Assembly: GCA_023249195.1 (NCBI GenBank)
Contig: JAHFDB010000003.1
Coordinates: 7,561-71,560, forward strand
Length of the DNA: 64,000 bases
Direction of reading: 5' to 3'
Source: a bacterium
GTDB lineage: Bacteria > Margulisbacteria > Marinamargulisbacteria > SXXA01 > JAHFDB01
Made by a program: the position numbers and the translations under genes. Within the stretch, counting starts at the first letter, position 1. The number at the start of each line of letters is the position of its first letter. Under the pieces are notes generated by a model. That model made no database searches, had not been told where the DNA came from, and saw only the letters and a program-made list of their open reading frames with translations. Of this stretch, positions 36,542 to 47,650 are shown in pieces.

Positions 36542-37813
36542 GTGATAAGACTCGTTTATAAAACAATAAGTTTACATACGACGCCTCATTTATGGACCAG
36601 AGCACGCTCATTGGGAAGCCATGTTGTACTTTCTCCAGAATGTCTAGCCGGATTTAACCATCAGGGGTCATTAGACAATGTAGCACCTGAACAGGCGCAT
36701 GCAAAAGTGGCTGCACTCTTAGGTTCCGATGAGTTAAAAGCACGATTTAATCAACACGTTTTATCTTTAGTAGATTTAATAAGGATAGAGGACCCTTCGA
36801 AGAGATTTGAGAGGGGGGCTCACATCAGTCAAGGGGCACAGGGATGCGTGTGTCACTGCTGTTTTGACGCAAAGCCCTATGTGGTAAAAAGTGTCAATCA
36901 AGAAGGTGTTCACGCTTTAAAGAATGAAGCCGCATTTTTGATGCAGCTTTTAAAACAGTATCCGACTGAATACTGGTATCCCCACCCCCAAGCTTTTTTT
37001 GAAGACAGCGATGGCAACGGTTTTTTAGTGATGGATAATCTAGGGATGTGCTTATCGGCTGCAATAAAAACAAAAATACCCCTAGAATTGGGAGACATCT
37101 CAAGACAGCTTCTAGATATTTTGAAAAAAATACACGAATGTCACATTATTCACGGAGATATTAAGCCTGATAATTTATTTTTAGATACAGAAGGGGTGCT
37201 TAAAGTGGGAGATTTTGGACTGTCTCTGAATAAGAAATTTAGCCCAGGCTTTGCTTACTATGGCACTTTGCTGCAGAGAGATTCTGCAGATGACAAAGAG
37301 CCTGTTCCAGAATGGCTTGCTCAAGAGTTAGCCGATGCGGATATCCTGAGTCTTCCGGGTAGCGATAGTCCAAAGGGATCAGGTGGAAATAGGTTTCCCG
37401 TAGGCACTGCAAATTTTCTTTCTCCAACCTTTGTAGATGGAGCTGAAATGAAATTCACTAATCCTGGGGCGGATCGTTTTGGAGCAGGATGTGTTTTATA
37501 TGCGCTTCAGTATGGCAAAACAAAGCTCTTAGCTATCTATGGGATTAAAGCTCCAACAGAAGAAACCGCTTATCTTCTTGCAATGAAGAACGGGTTTGTC
37601 TCTGCCTATCAGAGCGTTTCCGAAGAAAAATACGGTTGTAAAGAATTTCCCAATTCGGTACAGGGACTGCTTCAAATTTGGGAAAAAGCCTCTTGTAAAG
37701 ACAAAACCCTTAGCCCTATGGACTTTTTTTCCCACGCGATGGTTCATCCAGACACACGTTTTTTGAGTGTTCCGGACTACACCACGCTTCTGACTGAACT
37801 TATTCTGGTTTAA
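36542..37813 (+). CDS. Eukaryotic-like (Hanks-type) serine/threonine protein kinase
   Basis: The catalytic loop [11 protein letters not shown], the DFG motif and kinase subdomains are present. Confidence 0.7.
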   Translation: MIRLVYKTISLHTTPHLWTRARSLGSHVVLSPECLAGFNHQGSLDNVAPEQAHAKVAALLGSDELKARFNQHVLSLVDLIRIEDPSKRFERGAHISQGAQGCVCHCCFDAKPYVVKSVNQEGVHALKNEAAFLMQLLKQYPTEYWYPHPQAFFEDSDGNGFLVMDNLGMCLSAAIKTKIPLELGDISRQLLDILKKIHECHIIHGDIKPDNLFLDTEGVLKVGDFGLSLNKKFSPGFAYYGTLLQRDSADDKEPVPEWLAQELADADILSLPGSDSPKGSGGNRFPVGTANFLSPTFVDGAEMKFTNPGADRFGAGCVLYALQYGKTKLLAIYGIKAPTEETAYLLAMKNGFVSAYQSVSEEKYGCKEFPNSVQGLLQIWEKASCKDKTLSPMDFFSHAMVHPDTRFLSVPDYTTLLTELILV

Positions 37814-40199
37814 CCACAATATTGAGCAGCTTTTTAGGAACAAAGATTTTTTTAATGATAGTATGCTTCTCTAAAAATTTCTGAACTTTTTCGGACTCTA
37901 AAGCTGCCTTTTCAAGAGTCTCTTGGGTAATTTCTGCGGATACCTCTAGAGAGTCACGAATTTTTCCATTCACCTGGATCACCATCGTAATCACATCATC
38001 CACTGTTAAGGCGGGGTCAAAGATAGGCCAAGTGGCCTTATGGACGCTGGATTTATACCCAAAACAATTCCACAATTCTTCGCTAATAAACGGTGCAAAA
38101 GGGGCTAAGAGCAGCACAAGGGTTTCTACTCCCTGTTGGGTAGTGCCGTTCATATACATAAAATTAACCAGCTCCATCAATTTACTGATAGCGGTGTTAT
38201 AGCTAAATGACCCAATGTCTTGAGTGACTTTTTGAATGGTTTTATGAAGCTGTTTTTGAAGCTCACGTTCTTTATTGGGCTGCAGTGCATACTTGTCCCG
38301 ATGCTCGGTGCATAACCGAAACACACGTCCTAAAAACCTAAAAGATCCTTCCACGCCCGTATCTGACCATTCAAGGTCTCTTTCTACAGGTGCTCCAAAT
38401 AAAATAAACAAACGGGCAGTGTCCGCCCCATAGGCGTTAATAATGACACTGGGGTCTACTGTATTTCCCAAAGATTTGGACATTTTAGCCCCGTCCTTAA
38501 TGACCATACCCTGGGTAAGAAGGCGTTGAAAGGGTTCCTCGACGTCGTGAAGGCCCAAGTCTCGCAACGCCCGAGTAAAAAAGCGTGCATACAATAAGTG
38601 CAGAACCGCATGCTCAACCCCACCGATGTATTGATCGACAGGTAACCACGCATTGGCTTCGTTTTTTGAAAAGGGCTGAGTGGCATCGCTAGGCGAACAA
38701 TAACGCAAAAAATACCAGGACGAATCGACAAAGGTATCCATAGTGTCGGTTTCACGCCGGGCGCCTTTGCCACAGGTGGGGCAAAGGGTGTGGGTGAAAG
38801 CTGCAGAGTGGTCCAGAGGGTTCCCTTCCCACTTAAATTCAACATCTTTAGGTAGTTCGATAGGTAACTGCGACTCGGGCACAGGAACCGGACCACAGGC
38901 CTCACAGTATACAATGGGAATAGGCGTACCCCAATAGCGTTGTCGCGACAACAACCAGTCTCGCAATCTAAATTGCACATGTTTCTTTCCAAACCCTTTT
39001 TTTTCAATATCCAAAGCAATCAGGGCTTTAAACTCAAGGCTAGACATCCCTGTGTATGAATCGGAATTAATGATCACGCCCGGTTGGGTATAAGCTTCAT
39101 CGCCGCCCCCCCCTTCAATGACAATTTTCATGGGCAAATTGTACATTTTTGCGAACTCAAAATCGCGGGCATCATGGGCAGGCACCGCCATTACCGCCCC
39201 TTGTGCATAATCCATCAAAACATAGTCGGAAATCCAAATCGGAACAGCCTCATTTGTAAAAGGGCTCACGGCATATTGGCCAATAAACATGCCTTCTTTT
39301 TTTTGTTTGGCATCCGTACGGTCAATTTTGGTTTTTTGTTTGGCTTTTTTAATATAGGCCAGCGCATCAGATTCATAGGGAGTGTCTTTGACCCATTCTA
39401 AAACCTTAGGGTGTTCAGGGGCTAAAACCATATAGGTAATGCCATAAACGGTGTCCGGGCGGGTGGTAAAAATAGTGAGGGTTTCAGGTTTATTTTGAAC
39501 CTGAAAATAAATCTGAACCCCTTCAGACCGGCCAATCCAGTTTTCTTGCATTAAACGCACTTTTTCAGGCCATCCTGACAGCATGTCCAGGCCTTTTAAT
39601 AGATCGTCCGCATAGTGTGTAATTTTGAAAAACCACTGTTCTAATTCTTTGGAAGTCACCATGGTTTTGCAACGCCAACATTTTCCGTCTTCGACTTGTT
39701 CGTTGGCTAGCACCGTTTGGCAGGGGGTACACCAATTTACGGGGGCTTTTTTCTTATAAGCGAGGCCTTTTTTATAAAGCTGTAAAAACAGCCATTGATT
39801 CCATCGATAATAGGTCGGAAGGCAGGTGACCACTTCTTTTTCCCAATCATAGCTAAATCCGAGGCGAACTTGTTGCGCTTTCATTTCTTCAATCTTGGCT
39901 AAAGTCCAGGTTTCAGGATGAATATGATGAGCTTTAGCGGCGTTTTCTGCCGGCAAACCTAACGAGTCGTATCCCATCGGATGCAACACCTGGAACCCTT
40001 GCATACGCTTAAATCGGGCCAATGTATCGCCTAGGGTATAGTTTCTAACATGGCCCATGTGTAATTTCCCAGAAGGATAAGGGAACATTTCTAATACATA
40101 ATATTTAGGTTTATCTGAGTGTGCCTGGGTTTTGTTTAGGCCTTCTTTGGCCCATACATGAATCCATTTCTCTTCGTTTTCTAAGGGCCTATAGTCCAT
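37800..40199 (-). CDS. leuS: Leucyl-tRNA synthetase
   Basis: The HIGH motif (HMGHVRNY), KMSKS, the editing domain and the Zn cysteines are present. The start was moved to the ATG at 40199 (MDYRPLENE...), which overlaps the nadB stop by 11 bp. Confidence 0.9.
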   Translation of the reverse strand: MDYRPLENEEKWIHVWAKEGLNKTQAHSDKPKYYVLEMFPYPSGKLHMGHVRNYTLGDTLARFKRMQGFQVLHPMGYDSLGLPAENAAKAHHIHPETWTLAKIEEMKAQQVRLGFSYDWEKEVVTCLPTYYRWNQWLFLQLYKKGLAYKKKAPVNWCTPCQTVLANEQVEDGKCWRCKTMVTSKELEQWFFKITHYADDLLKGLDMLSGWPEKVRLMQENWIGRSEGVQIYFQVQNKPETLTIFTTRPDTVYGITYMVLAPEHPKVLEWVKDTPYESDALAYIKKAKQKTKIDRTDAKQKKEGMFIGQYAVSPFTNEAVPIWISDYVLMDYAQGAVMAVPAHDARDFEFAKMYNLPMKIVIEGGGGDEAYTQPGVIINSDSYTGMSSLEFKALIALDIEKKGFGKKHVQFRLRDWLLSRQRYWGTPIPIVYCEACGPVPVPESQLPIELPKDVEFKWEGNPLDHSAAFTHTLCPTCGKGARRETDTMDTFVDSSWYFLRYCSPSDATQPFSKNEANAWLPVDQYIGGVEHAVLHLLYARFFTRALRDLGLHDVEEPFQRLLTQGMVIKDGAKMSKSLGNTVDPSVIINAYGADTARLFILFGAPVERDLEWSDTGVEGSFRFLGRVFRLCTEHRDKYALQPNKERELQKQLHKTIQKVTQDIGSFSYNTAISKLMELVNFMYMNGTTQQGVETLVLLLAPFAPFISEELWNCFGYKSSVHKATWPIFDPALTVDDVITMVIQVNGKIRDSLEVSAEITQETLEKAALESEKVQKFLEKHTIIKKIFVPKKLLNIVVKPE

Positions 40200-41757
40200 C
40201 GGTAGATTCCTTTGTTTTACTAAGATGACGTTTCCAATAAAGGTCGTCTCGAATCGGAAAATCAGAGCGTAAGTGACTGCCACGACTTTCGGTTCTAGTG
40301 AGGGCAAATTCGGTCATCAAGGTGGCTACTTGCCACATATTTTTAACTTCTAACAGGGTTTCATTCTCACTGTGACTATGTGTGAGCCACTCGAGTTCTT
40401 TGAGCCCTTTTTGAGCACATAAAAGTCCCTCCTGATGTCTCAAAATGCCTACGTGTGCCCACATCAACTCACGAATAGACTGTTTAGAGGCCAGCACACG
40501 TGCACGTTCAGAATCCGCCAACCCCTGTTCAAAAGAAGCCAACAAAGGCCGAGGCGGCACGGCCAAGTGTGTTTGATGTTCACTCGCATGCCGCGCTGCC
40601 CGATGTCCAAATACAAGGCCATCCAACAACGAGTTTGAGGCCAATCGATTGGCTCCATGCAGTCCCAGGCAAGCCACTTCACCGATAGCATACAAAGCGG
40701 GAATGGTAGTTAATCCCCATGTGTCGGTCTGAATGCCACCCATAAAATAATGAGCGGCAGGTGCTACAGGGATAAAATCTCGGGTTATGTCGATATTCGC
40801 TTCTTTGCATCGTTTATAGATGGTGGGAAAACGTTCTGTGGGATTTTGTTTTACTTTTTCTAAATCTAAATAGACATGGGGAGTTTGTGTTTTGTTCATT
40901 TGGTCAAAAATGGCGCGGGCAACGACATCCCGGGGGGCCAACTCAGCCTCGGCATGATAATCGGTCATAAAGCGGTCCCCATGACAGTTGCGTAAAATAG
41001 CACCTTCTCCACGAACAGCCTCGCTGATTAAAAACAAAGAAGCTGGATGGGGGTCGCCTAAATACAGGGTAGTCGGATGAAATTGTGTAAATTCCATATC
41101 TTGAACAGCACAGCCCGCCTGGTAAGCGAGTGCGATGCCATCTCCAGTTGCGACAGGGGGATTGGTATTGTGTGAAAAAATCTGGCCACAACCGCCTGTA
41201 GACAGCACCACGGCCTTCCCTATAAATCGAACGGGTTTTCCCTTGTGCTGCGCGATGCATCCCACACAATGACCCTCGTTAATAAGAAGTTGAGTGAGTG
41301 AGGTTTGAGGAAAAAACTGGACTTTATCTTCGCGTAAAATGGTATTGCCCAAGGTTTTTTCAATTTCACGTCCGGTAGCGTCTCCCGCATGCAAAATACG
41401 TCGTTTATGATGGGCTGCTTCTTGGGTGAAGTGAAAATGATCGCCTACTTTATCGAACTGTGCGCCTAGCTCAATTAATTCCCGAACCCACTTTGGGCCT
41501 TCTTCCACCAAAATACGCACAGCATACTCGTTACACAGGCCATCCCCTGCTAAAAGGGTGTCGTTTAAATGAAATTGTGGAGAGTCATCCGGCTGCATAG
41601 CCACTGCAATACCCCCTTGGGCATAGTGCGTGGCACCTTCTTTGAGAATGCTTTTGGTTAAAACGCATGTGCGTCCATAGTCAGATAAAACACGGGCTGC
41701 CGTGAGCCCTGCAATGCCACTGCCTACAACAATATAATCATATATCAGCGTTTCCAT
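40189..41757 (-). CDS. nadB: L-aspartate oxidase
   Basis: The FAD-binding N-terminus [15 protein letters not shown] and the fumarate-reductase/SDH flavoprotein fold with an RSHLR active-site region are present. Confidence 0.85.
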   Translation of the reverse strand: METLIYDYIVVGSGIAGLTAARVLSDYGRTCVLTKSILKEGATHYAQGGIAVAMQPDDSPQFHLNDTLLAGDGLCNEYAVRILVEEGPKWVRELIELGAQFDKVGDHFHFTQEAAHHKRRILHAGDATGREIEKTLGNTILREDKVQFFPQTSLTQLLINEGHCVGCIAQHKGKPVRFIGKAVVLSTGGCGQIFSHNTNPPVATGDGIALAYQAGCAVQDMEFTQFHPTTLYLGDPHPASLFLISEAVRGEGAILRNCHGDRFMTDYHAEAELAPRDVVARAIFDQMNKTQTPHVYLDLEKVKQNPTERFPTIYKRCKEANIDITRDFIPVAPAAHYFMGGIQTDTWGLTTIPALYAIGEVACLGLHGANRLASNSLLDGLVFGHRAARHASEHQTHLAVPPRPLLASFEQGLADSERARVLASKQSIRELMWAHVGILRHQEGLLCAQKGLKELEWLTHSHSENETLLEVKNMWQVATLMTEFALTRTESRGSHLRSDFPIRDDLYWKRHLSKTKESTDGL

Positions 41758-41832
41758 CTTAGGAATGATAGCTTGAGGTGAAAATAGGTGTAAAGGGGTA
41801 TCCTATCAGAACCCTATGAGCGGCGAACGTAA

Positions 41833-43323
41833 TTAAGCTAATCGCCGACTCTTTCCGAGGGGTTTGGGCCCTTGAATGACGGCACATGCATCAGGGGCTT
41901 CTTCCTTCAAGCAATCGAGAACCGTATATCCAGAGGGATTTGCTTTGGCTAAAACTTCTTCCATATCTTCATCACTAAGCGGCGTCAACAACCTAAGAAT
42001 GATATCCTCTGAGCATACTCTAATAACACAATGCGCAAAAGAGTCACCTTCTGGGTTATTAGTAAGCAGTAGTTTTTTTAACTGGGGAAGGGTTAGCACT
42101 CTTAAGATCTCCGGCAATTGATCACTATGCCGATTTGCTAATACAGCGCAAAGAATATGTCCAGAAATATCTGAGGGTTGACATAAAATGGCCAGTCTTT
42201 TATCAGAATAAAGCTTGGCTAATAGTCCGAAAAATGCTTCGACATTATGGAGAATTAATAGGTGTGCAAACGTGTGCGTTGTTTCAGTATTTCCTACATG
42301 ATTCAAAAAGGGTATCCAGTCGTCTTGAGAAAAATCGGCACAGAGGCGTTGAATCATTCCAACTTGACCCAAAGTTAATAACAGTGTCGCTATACTTTCC
42401 GTTCTTGGAGCCTCTGCTAAACTTAAAACAGCCCTTTTATCCTCTTTAATCAGACGCTCTACCTGGCGTTCAAATTCTACCACAGAAGTTCTAACAAGCA
42501 TTTCATAGTAACCAGGATTTGTTTCTCTCGGAATGTTCTTCATGTGTGAAAGAACCGTTTTCCGATCCTCTTCTCGCAAGCTCTGTAAAATTTCGCTCAA
42601 TACAGCAGGGTGTTTTTTGGCTAACAGACAAGCAACCCTGCCGTTATTTACATCTGTCAGACTAAGAATATTGACAACGTGAGCGGAATCAAAGGTTGCA
42701 TGAATATATTTAAGAAATTTTACTAAGCTATCTAGGCTATTTTCTCTGCCTTTTGCCCACTGATTCACCACAGTTTCTCCATTAGACTTCGTCAGCTTGA
42801 GAATAGCTAAGGCCTGAGCATATGGGATTTTACACATTAGCCTTCCAAGCAACTCTGAGAAGTGTTTTATCAATCTATCCGCAAGAGACCCTTTGCCAAT
42901 CCTGGTTTCCATGCTGAGCACTTCTGCTATTTGATGGGGTTCAAGCCGAGTGAGCATATCTTCAATAAGGGGGTTGCCATAATATGCCAAGTAATAAGAG
43001 ACGGGAAATCCATTAGAGCCCGTTATATTGAGAATTTTTACAAGGACAGAGGGATCCCTATCCTTGATTATGGCTACAAAGAATTTTTGCCAAAATCCTG
43101 TCAGTTGATGAGCCAGGGCATAGCCATTATTATTATATGGGCGACTCAGATGTTCGATGAGTTTCTCTGGTGAAAAAGCACACCATTCCTGAAGGATAGG
43201 GCTGCCGGTTAGAGTTGTACCATTGAATTCAGAATAATGGGCGGAAACTGTTTTTTTTATAAAAAATCCTCCTATTAAAACACTTAGAAACAGTGATATT
43301 TTGGAACAGTCCCACTGTATCAA
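41833..43323 (-). CDS. Ankyrin-like repeat protein with an N-terminal hydrophobic segment; effector-like
   Basis: Seven or more degenerate units of about 35 aa of the form G-x-[ST]-hh..h...L..hL (NGRVACLLAKKHPAVLSEIL, SGHILCAVLANRHSDQLPEIL, EGDSFAHCVIRVCSEDIILRLL). Confidence 0.5.
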   Translation of the reverse strand: MIQWDCSKISLFLSVLIGGFFIKKTVSAHYSEFNGTTLTGSPILQEWCAFSPEKLIEHLSRPYNNNGYALAHQLTGFWQKFFVAIIKDRDPSVLVKILNITGSNGFPVSYYLAYYGNPLIEDMLTRLEPHQIAEVLSMETRIGKGSLADRLIKHFSELLGRLMCKIPYAQALAILKLTKSNGETVVNQWAKGRENSLDSLVKFLKYIHATFDSAHVVNILSLTDVNNGRVACLLAKKHPAVLSEILQSLREEDRKTVLSHMKNIPRETNPGYYEMLVRTSVVEFERQVERLIKEDKRAVLSLAEAPRTESIATLLLTLGQVGMIQRLCADFSQDDWIPFLNHVGNTETTHTFAHLLILHNVEAFFGLLAKLYSDKRLAILCQPSDISGHILCAVLANRHSDQLPEILRVLTLPQLKKLLLTNNPEGDSFAHCVIRVCSEDIILRLLTPLSDEDMEEVLAKANPSGYTVLDCLKEEAPDACAVIQGPKPLGKSRRLA

Positions 43324-43376
43324 AATATGTCCAAAGTAAATTTGACATTTTGTCCCCCACTCTTTACAGTGGCACT

Positions 43377-44186
43377 ATGCTCTATTCAAGCCATTTAGGC
43401 AATATGTTAAGCCGACTTACAGGGCGGATAGTGTGCCTTCCCCTCCCTATTTTTTTGCGAACATGGGTCCTTACCCGTTTTTCCACTCTTTTTGGAGTCT
43501 CTATTCAAGAAGCCGAAAAACCACTGACACAGTACGCCTCGATCAGTGCTTTTTTTGCCCGGGCTCTCAAGCCTGAATTTAGGCCTATTGCCCATGAAAG
43601 CGTGGTGTGTCCGGTTGATGGCAAAGTGCAAGAATACGGGTCTGTTTTAGGATCAAAGCTTATTCAAGCCAAGGGTGTTTTTTATACCCTAGAAGACCTC
43701 ATTCCCACCCTAGAAGCAGCCCATTTTAAAGAGGGTGCCTTTATTACTTATTATCTGGCCCCCAAAGACTGTCACCGGATTTTCTCTCCCGTAGAAGGTG
43801 TCATTGAAGGGGTGTGTCATGTGCCCGGAAAGCTTTATCCTGTACGAGAGCCCCACATTAGTGGAACCCCAGGAATTTATACAAAAAACGAGCGTATTAT
43901 TACTATTTTATCCACCCCTAAGGGCCGAGTAGCCGTGGTCAAGGTAGGCGCCTTTAACGTAGGCACCATTTCGGTGCCTTTTGATCCCGATATTCGAAGT
44001 AATACCGGGAAGCGTGTCCTTCAAGAAAAACGATACCCAATGCCTATCCCAATCAAAAAAGGCGAGTGGCTCGGGACATTTCATTTGGGCTCAACCGTGA
44101 TTTTGGTTTTTGAAAAAGACATGCTGCTTCCAAAGTGGGACTATGGGGCTGTTCAGTATGGTCAAGCCATTGGAGAGTTTAGATAA
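43377..44186 (+). CDS. psd: Phosphatidylserine decarboxylase proenzyme
   Basis: The autocleavage motif FHLGSTVIL (LGST) is present. The ORF-track start at 43293 is a GTG that overlaps the upstream gene, so the internal ATG at 43377 was preferred. Confidence 0.8.
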   Translation: MLYSSHLGNMLSRLTGRIVCLPLPIFLRTWVLTRFSTLFGVSIQEAEKPLTQYASISAFFARALKPEFRPIAHESVVCPVDGKVQEYGSVLGSKLIQAKGVFYTLEDLIPTLEAAHFKEGAFITYYLAPKDCHRIFSPVEGVIEGVCHVPGKLYPVREPHISGTPGIYTKNERIITILSTPKGRVAVVKVGAFNVGTISVPFDPDIRSNTGKRVLQEKRYPMPIPIKKGEWLGTFHLGSTVILVFEKDMLLPKWDYGAVQYGQAIGEFR

Positions 44187-44284
44187 AAGCCCCTCTTGTT
44201 GACTATGCGATTCACACCCTGGGATTTGAAGCCTGTCGCATCACGTCTCCTTTTTTAACCCACGAATTAGACGCCTATCGAGAA

Positions 44285-45196
44285 ATGGTCACAACACGTG
44301 GGTATGGGGATATGGGGTATCTTGCCCGACACCTTCCCTTCAAAGAAGACCCTTCTTTACTGCTTGAAGGGGTTCAGTCCGCCATTGTGGTGATCAAAAA
44401 CTATAAAAATACCTCTCAAAAAAATCTGGATGGACAAAAAAAAGTGGCCCGTTATGCAGCTGGGCTTGACTATCACACCGTCATTGGAGCAAAACTTCAA
44501 AAATTAGAAGCCTATATCCAAACCCAATTTCCAGAGGCTAAATCTTATTCTGGTGTCGACAGCCGTCCTCTTGCCGATCGATCGCTGGCTCTCAAAGCAG
44601 GCATCGGATTTCGAGGCAAAAACACCATGGTTATTCGCCCTAAAGTGGGCAGTTATTTTTTTATTGGAGTGATCCTGACCACCGTAAAATTCGAAGAAGA
44701 TCCACCCTTCATAGGCACTTGTGGTACGTGTCAACGCTGCATCGAGGCCTGTCCCACTCAAGCCCTTTCATTGGATGGAAAAATGGACATTCAAACATGT
44801 ATTAGCTATCAAACCATCGAAAAAAAAAGCCCTGCCTCAACCCATAGCGCATACGATAACCAAGAAACCATCAAAAGCCCTGCCTCAACCCATAGCACAT
44901 ACGATAACCAAGAAACCATCAAAAGCCCTGCCTCAACCCATAGCACGACAGGGCGAGAGGGGGAGGCTCCAGCTGGCTCTGCCAGTGGAGGGGGCGACGC
45001 AAGCCCCCAACTATATAGTTGGGCATTTGGTTGCGATATTTGCCAAGAGGTTTGCCCTTTTAATCATGTCAATACGCCCCTCACCAATTGGGCCGAATTT
45101 CTACCTGAATCAGGGGTGGGTTTTTCCCTACAAAATATCCAAGAAATTCCTCAAAATACAGCCTTGTATCGATCGAGGAAGCGGTTAATGTTATAA
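44285..45196 (+). CDS. queG: Epoxyqueuosine reductase; a canonical start codon is missing and the linker carries a tandem-repeat insertion
   Basis: CGTCQRCIEACP and the QueG hallmark GCDICQEVCPFN are present. Homology to the QueG N-terminus (HTLGFEACRIT; YGDMGYLARH versus E. coli HGEMDWMARH) runs upstream to 44183 in frame, with no ATG, GTG or TTG after the stop at 44180. Confidence 0.7.
   Translation: MVTTRGYGDMGYLARHLPFKEDPSLLLEGVQSAIVVIKNYKNTSQKNLDGQKKVARYAAGLDYHTVIGAKLQKLEAYIQTQFPEAKSYSGVDSRPLADRSLALKAGIGFRGKNTMVIRPKVGSYFFIGVILTTVKFEEDPPFIGTCGTCQRCIEACPTQALSLDGKMDIQTCISYQTIEKKSPASTHSAYDNQETIKSPASTHSTYDNQETIKSPASTHSTTGREGEAPAGSASGGGDASPQLYSWAFGCDICQEVCPFNHVNTPLTNWAEFLPESGVGFSLQNIQEIPQNTALYRSRKRLML
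44822..44946. repeat. Tandem 48-bp repeat, about 2.6 copies, in frame inside queG (encoding KSPASTHS(A/T)YDNQETI)
   Basis: aaaagccctgcctcaacccatagc(g/a)catacgataaccaagaaaccatc is repeated, with a single substitution between copies. Confidence 0.9.
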
Positions 45197-45206
45197 TCGA
45201 AAGACC

Positions 45207-46157
45207 ATGAGTATCATCTCTCTTTCTATTGTCGTTCCTGTCTATAACGAGGCGGGTTCAATTCCTGAATTTAGTGTGCGGATAACCCAAGTTTTAGAGG
45301 ATATGTCCACCCGGTTTAGCCTTCTTAAAGAGGCCCTCGAAGTGGTGTGTGTCAATGATGGATCGACCGATGAGAGTTTAAGTCTTTTACTTGCACAAAA
45401 CCAAGCAGACCCTCGTTTTAAAGTGGTTAATTTGTCCCGAAATTTTGGACACCAAGCAGCCCTGTCTGCAGGCATTGATGTGGCCAAGGGCGAGTTTGTT
45501 GTGGTCATTGATGCCGATTTGCAAGACCCTCCAGAAACGATTCCTACACTTTATGAAACCTCACTGAAAGGCTTCGATGTGGTGTATGCCGTGCGTGCTA
45601 AAAGGGAAGGGGAGTCTTGGTTTAAAAAAGTGACCGCACATCTCTTTTATCGCCTGCTCAGAAAACTGAGCCCTTTTCCTATTCCCACTAATACCGGAGA
45701 CTTTCGCTTGATGAGCCGGCGCGTTGTTAACGTCTTAAAACGCATGCCGGAGCGCCACAGATTTATTCGAGGAATGGTTAGCTTTATCGGATTCCCTCAG
45801 ATTGGGGTTCTCTACCATCGACAGCCACGATCTGCCGGAGAAACAAGCTATACCCTTGTTAAAATGTTGCGACTGGCTGCGGACGCGATTACATCCTTCT
45901 CAGCATTGCCCCTAAGAGTAACTTTATACCTAGGATTTGGGGTGGCAGGGTTAGGTTTTTTATATGCCTTTGATATTTTATATGAAAAATTATTTAAGCA
46001 CACTACCTTGCCTGGATGGTCGTCTTTGATGGTAGTCGTGCTTACTTTAGGGGGTGCACAACTGATTTTCTTGGGACTCATCGGAGAATATTTAGGTCGT
46101 GTTCATGACGAATCTAAGCAAAGACCACTCTATATCATCGAAAGCGAGACGCCTTGA
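45207..46157 (+). CDS. GT2 polyprenol-phosphate glycosyltransferase (ArnC/DPM1/GtrB-like)
   Basis: IVVPVYNE, DGSTD, DADLQD (DXD) and two C-terminal TM helices are present. Confidence 0.75.
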   Translation: MSIISLSIVVPVYNEAGSIPEFSVRITQVLEDMSTRFSLLKEALEVVCVNDGSTDESLSLLLAQNQADPRFKVVNLSRNFGHQAALSAGIDVAKGEFVVVIDADLQDPPETIPTLYETSLKGFDVVYAVRAKREGESWFKKVTAHLFYRLLRKLSPFPIPTNTGDFRLMSRRVVNVLKRMPERHRFIRGMVSFIGFPQIGVLYHRQPRSAGETSYTLVKMLRLAADAITSFSALPLRVTLYLGFGVAGLGFLYAFDILYEKLFKHTTLPGWSSLMVVVLTLGGAQLIFLGLIGEYLGRVHDESKQRPLYIIESETP

Positions 46158-47650
46158 AGAGACTTCCTTGGGCATGGATTATCCTAGGGGGGTGTTATCT
46201 TGGGGGATATCTTTGGGCACTTGATCGCATTCCACTCATTGCGATGGATGAAGCCTGGTATGCCAACACCGCCTACAATTGGTCTCGAGGGGCTGGGCTT
46301 ATCAACACCAATGCCATGTGGCGAGGTGGAGATGTCTTTTTTGTGTATACAGGCCTATTGGCTTTGATGTATAAATTGACCTCGGCCAGCCTCTATTTCT
46401 CAAGATTTCTTTCTGTACTATTAGGTTTTTTAGGTCTTGTCGGCATTGTGTTAGCGGCAACAGAAGCGAAATTATCTCGCAAGGGGAGGCTTTTAACGGG
46501 TTGGATGTGGGTAATTTCCCCTCTGTTTTACATTTTATTAAGGCGGGCCAGACCGGAAGTGCTGGTCATTGCATTAACTGCCTGGGCCCTCTATTTTTTT
46601 CTTAAATTTTTCAAAAAACAAGACCTTTCCTCTCTCATTTTGTTGTCGTTATGCACAGCCCTGGCAGGAATGACCCATCCTTATGCATGGGCAGGAATTG
46701 GGGCATTTGGCCTGGCGATGGCTGTACAGTCCTTTCCTATCAAATCGTGGAGACCTCTCGGTGTTTTTGCAGGGGTAAACGGTCTTTTAGCGCTTGCATT
46801 TTTAGGTGCCCTCTTTACTTTTAAAGGCATGACCCCGACAGATTTTTTTCTGTCTCTCACCTCTAGCCAACGAGGCCTTTCATCAGCCGGATTTTTTGCA
46901 GGTGTATGGGAAAATACCTCTCGTTTTGTTGAAGGGTACACCTTAAATGGAAAACGCTTATTTTTTCTTATGCTTGAGCTAGGGATCTTAGGTCTTGGGT
47001 TAAATTCAAAAAAACCCGCACTAAGAGGTGTTTCTGCCCTCGCCTTGGGTTATGCGGGATTATCGTTGGTGGGGTTTAATCCACTCTTTCGATGGGCACT
47101 TGGACCCACACTGGCCATGGCGTGTCTTATATTTGCAGACACAGCCCTATCCGACAAAAAAACTGTATGGAGCCACCTATTAAAAGGGTTGATTGTTTTG
47201 TATATGCTAGGACAGGTAGGGTCGATTGGATGGCTCTGTGTCCAAAATTGGCACAATACTCCCTATAGCGTCATTGAAAAACGGATCTCTCATGTGATTC
47301 CTCCTGGAAAAAAAGTAATGACACAGATGGAACTGTGGTTCCCGCTCAAAGAAACCCAGGTTTTTACACAAAGCACGCTTTGGAAAAACACGCCCTATTC
47401 GGGCATAAAAGCCCTTCAAAGTTCAGGTCAAATAGACTATATTGTGCTGTCATCTCATGCCTCTGGAGAAACCTCACCCACATTTGGAAAATTATCTATT
47501 ACAGGGATTTGCTATAGCGATTACTTTTCAATCGTTTCTCAATGGGGAAAAAGCTCGGGCCCTCCCCTTCTGTCTTTCGACACAAGAGGCTATGGCACCA
47601 TCCATGTTTGGGCCACCCAAACGAGGCACAACAAGCCACCCAGAAAATAA
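46154..47650 (+). CDS. GT-C fold membrane glycosyltransferase (ArnT/PMT-like)
   Basis: About 11 TM segments are predicted. The first periplasmic loop motif MDEAWYANTAYNW (DE) is present. The gene overlaps the GT2 gene by 4 bp. Confidence 0.55.
   Translation: MKRLPWAWIILGGCYLGGYLWALDRIPLIAMDEAWYANTAYNWSRGAGLINTNAMWRGGDVFFVYTGLLALMYKLTSASLYFSRFLSVLLGFLGLVGIVLAATEAKLSRKGRLLTGWMWVISPLFYILLRRARPEVLVIALTAWALYFFLKFFKKQDLSSLILLSLCTALAGMTHPYAWAGIGAFGLAMAVQSFPIKSWRPLGVFAGVNGLLALAFLGALFTFKGMTPTDFFLSLTSSQRGLSSAGFFAGVWENTSRFVEGYTLNGKRLFFLMLELGILGLGLNSKKPALRGVSALALGYAGLSLVGFNPLFRWALGPTLAMACLIFADTALSDKKTVWSHLLKGLIVLYMLGQVGSIGWLCVQNWHNTPYSVIEKRISHVIPPGKKVMTQMELWFPLKETQVFTQSTLWKNTPYSGIKALQSSGQIDYIVLSSHASGETSPTFGKLSITGICYSDYFSIVSQWGKSSGPPLLSFDTRGYGTIHVWATQTRHNKPPRK

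Noticed and set aside
38456-39019. 187-aa ORF and other ORFs of 60-170 aa inside leuS, sucD, nadB, tkt and the toxin-like gene (for example 3827..4324, 40943..41269, 9656..9994)
   Set aside because: These are antisense or out-of-frame shadow ORFs within well-supported long genes. None has a recognisable motif.
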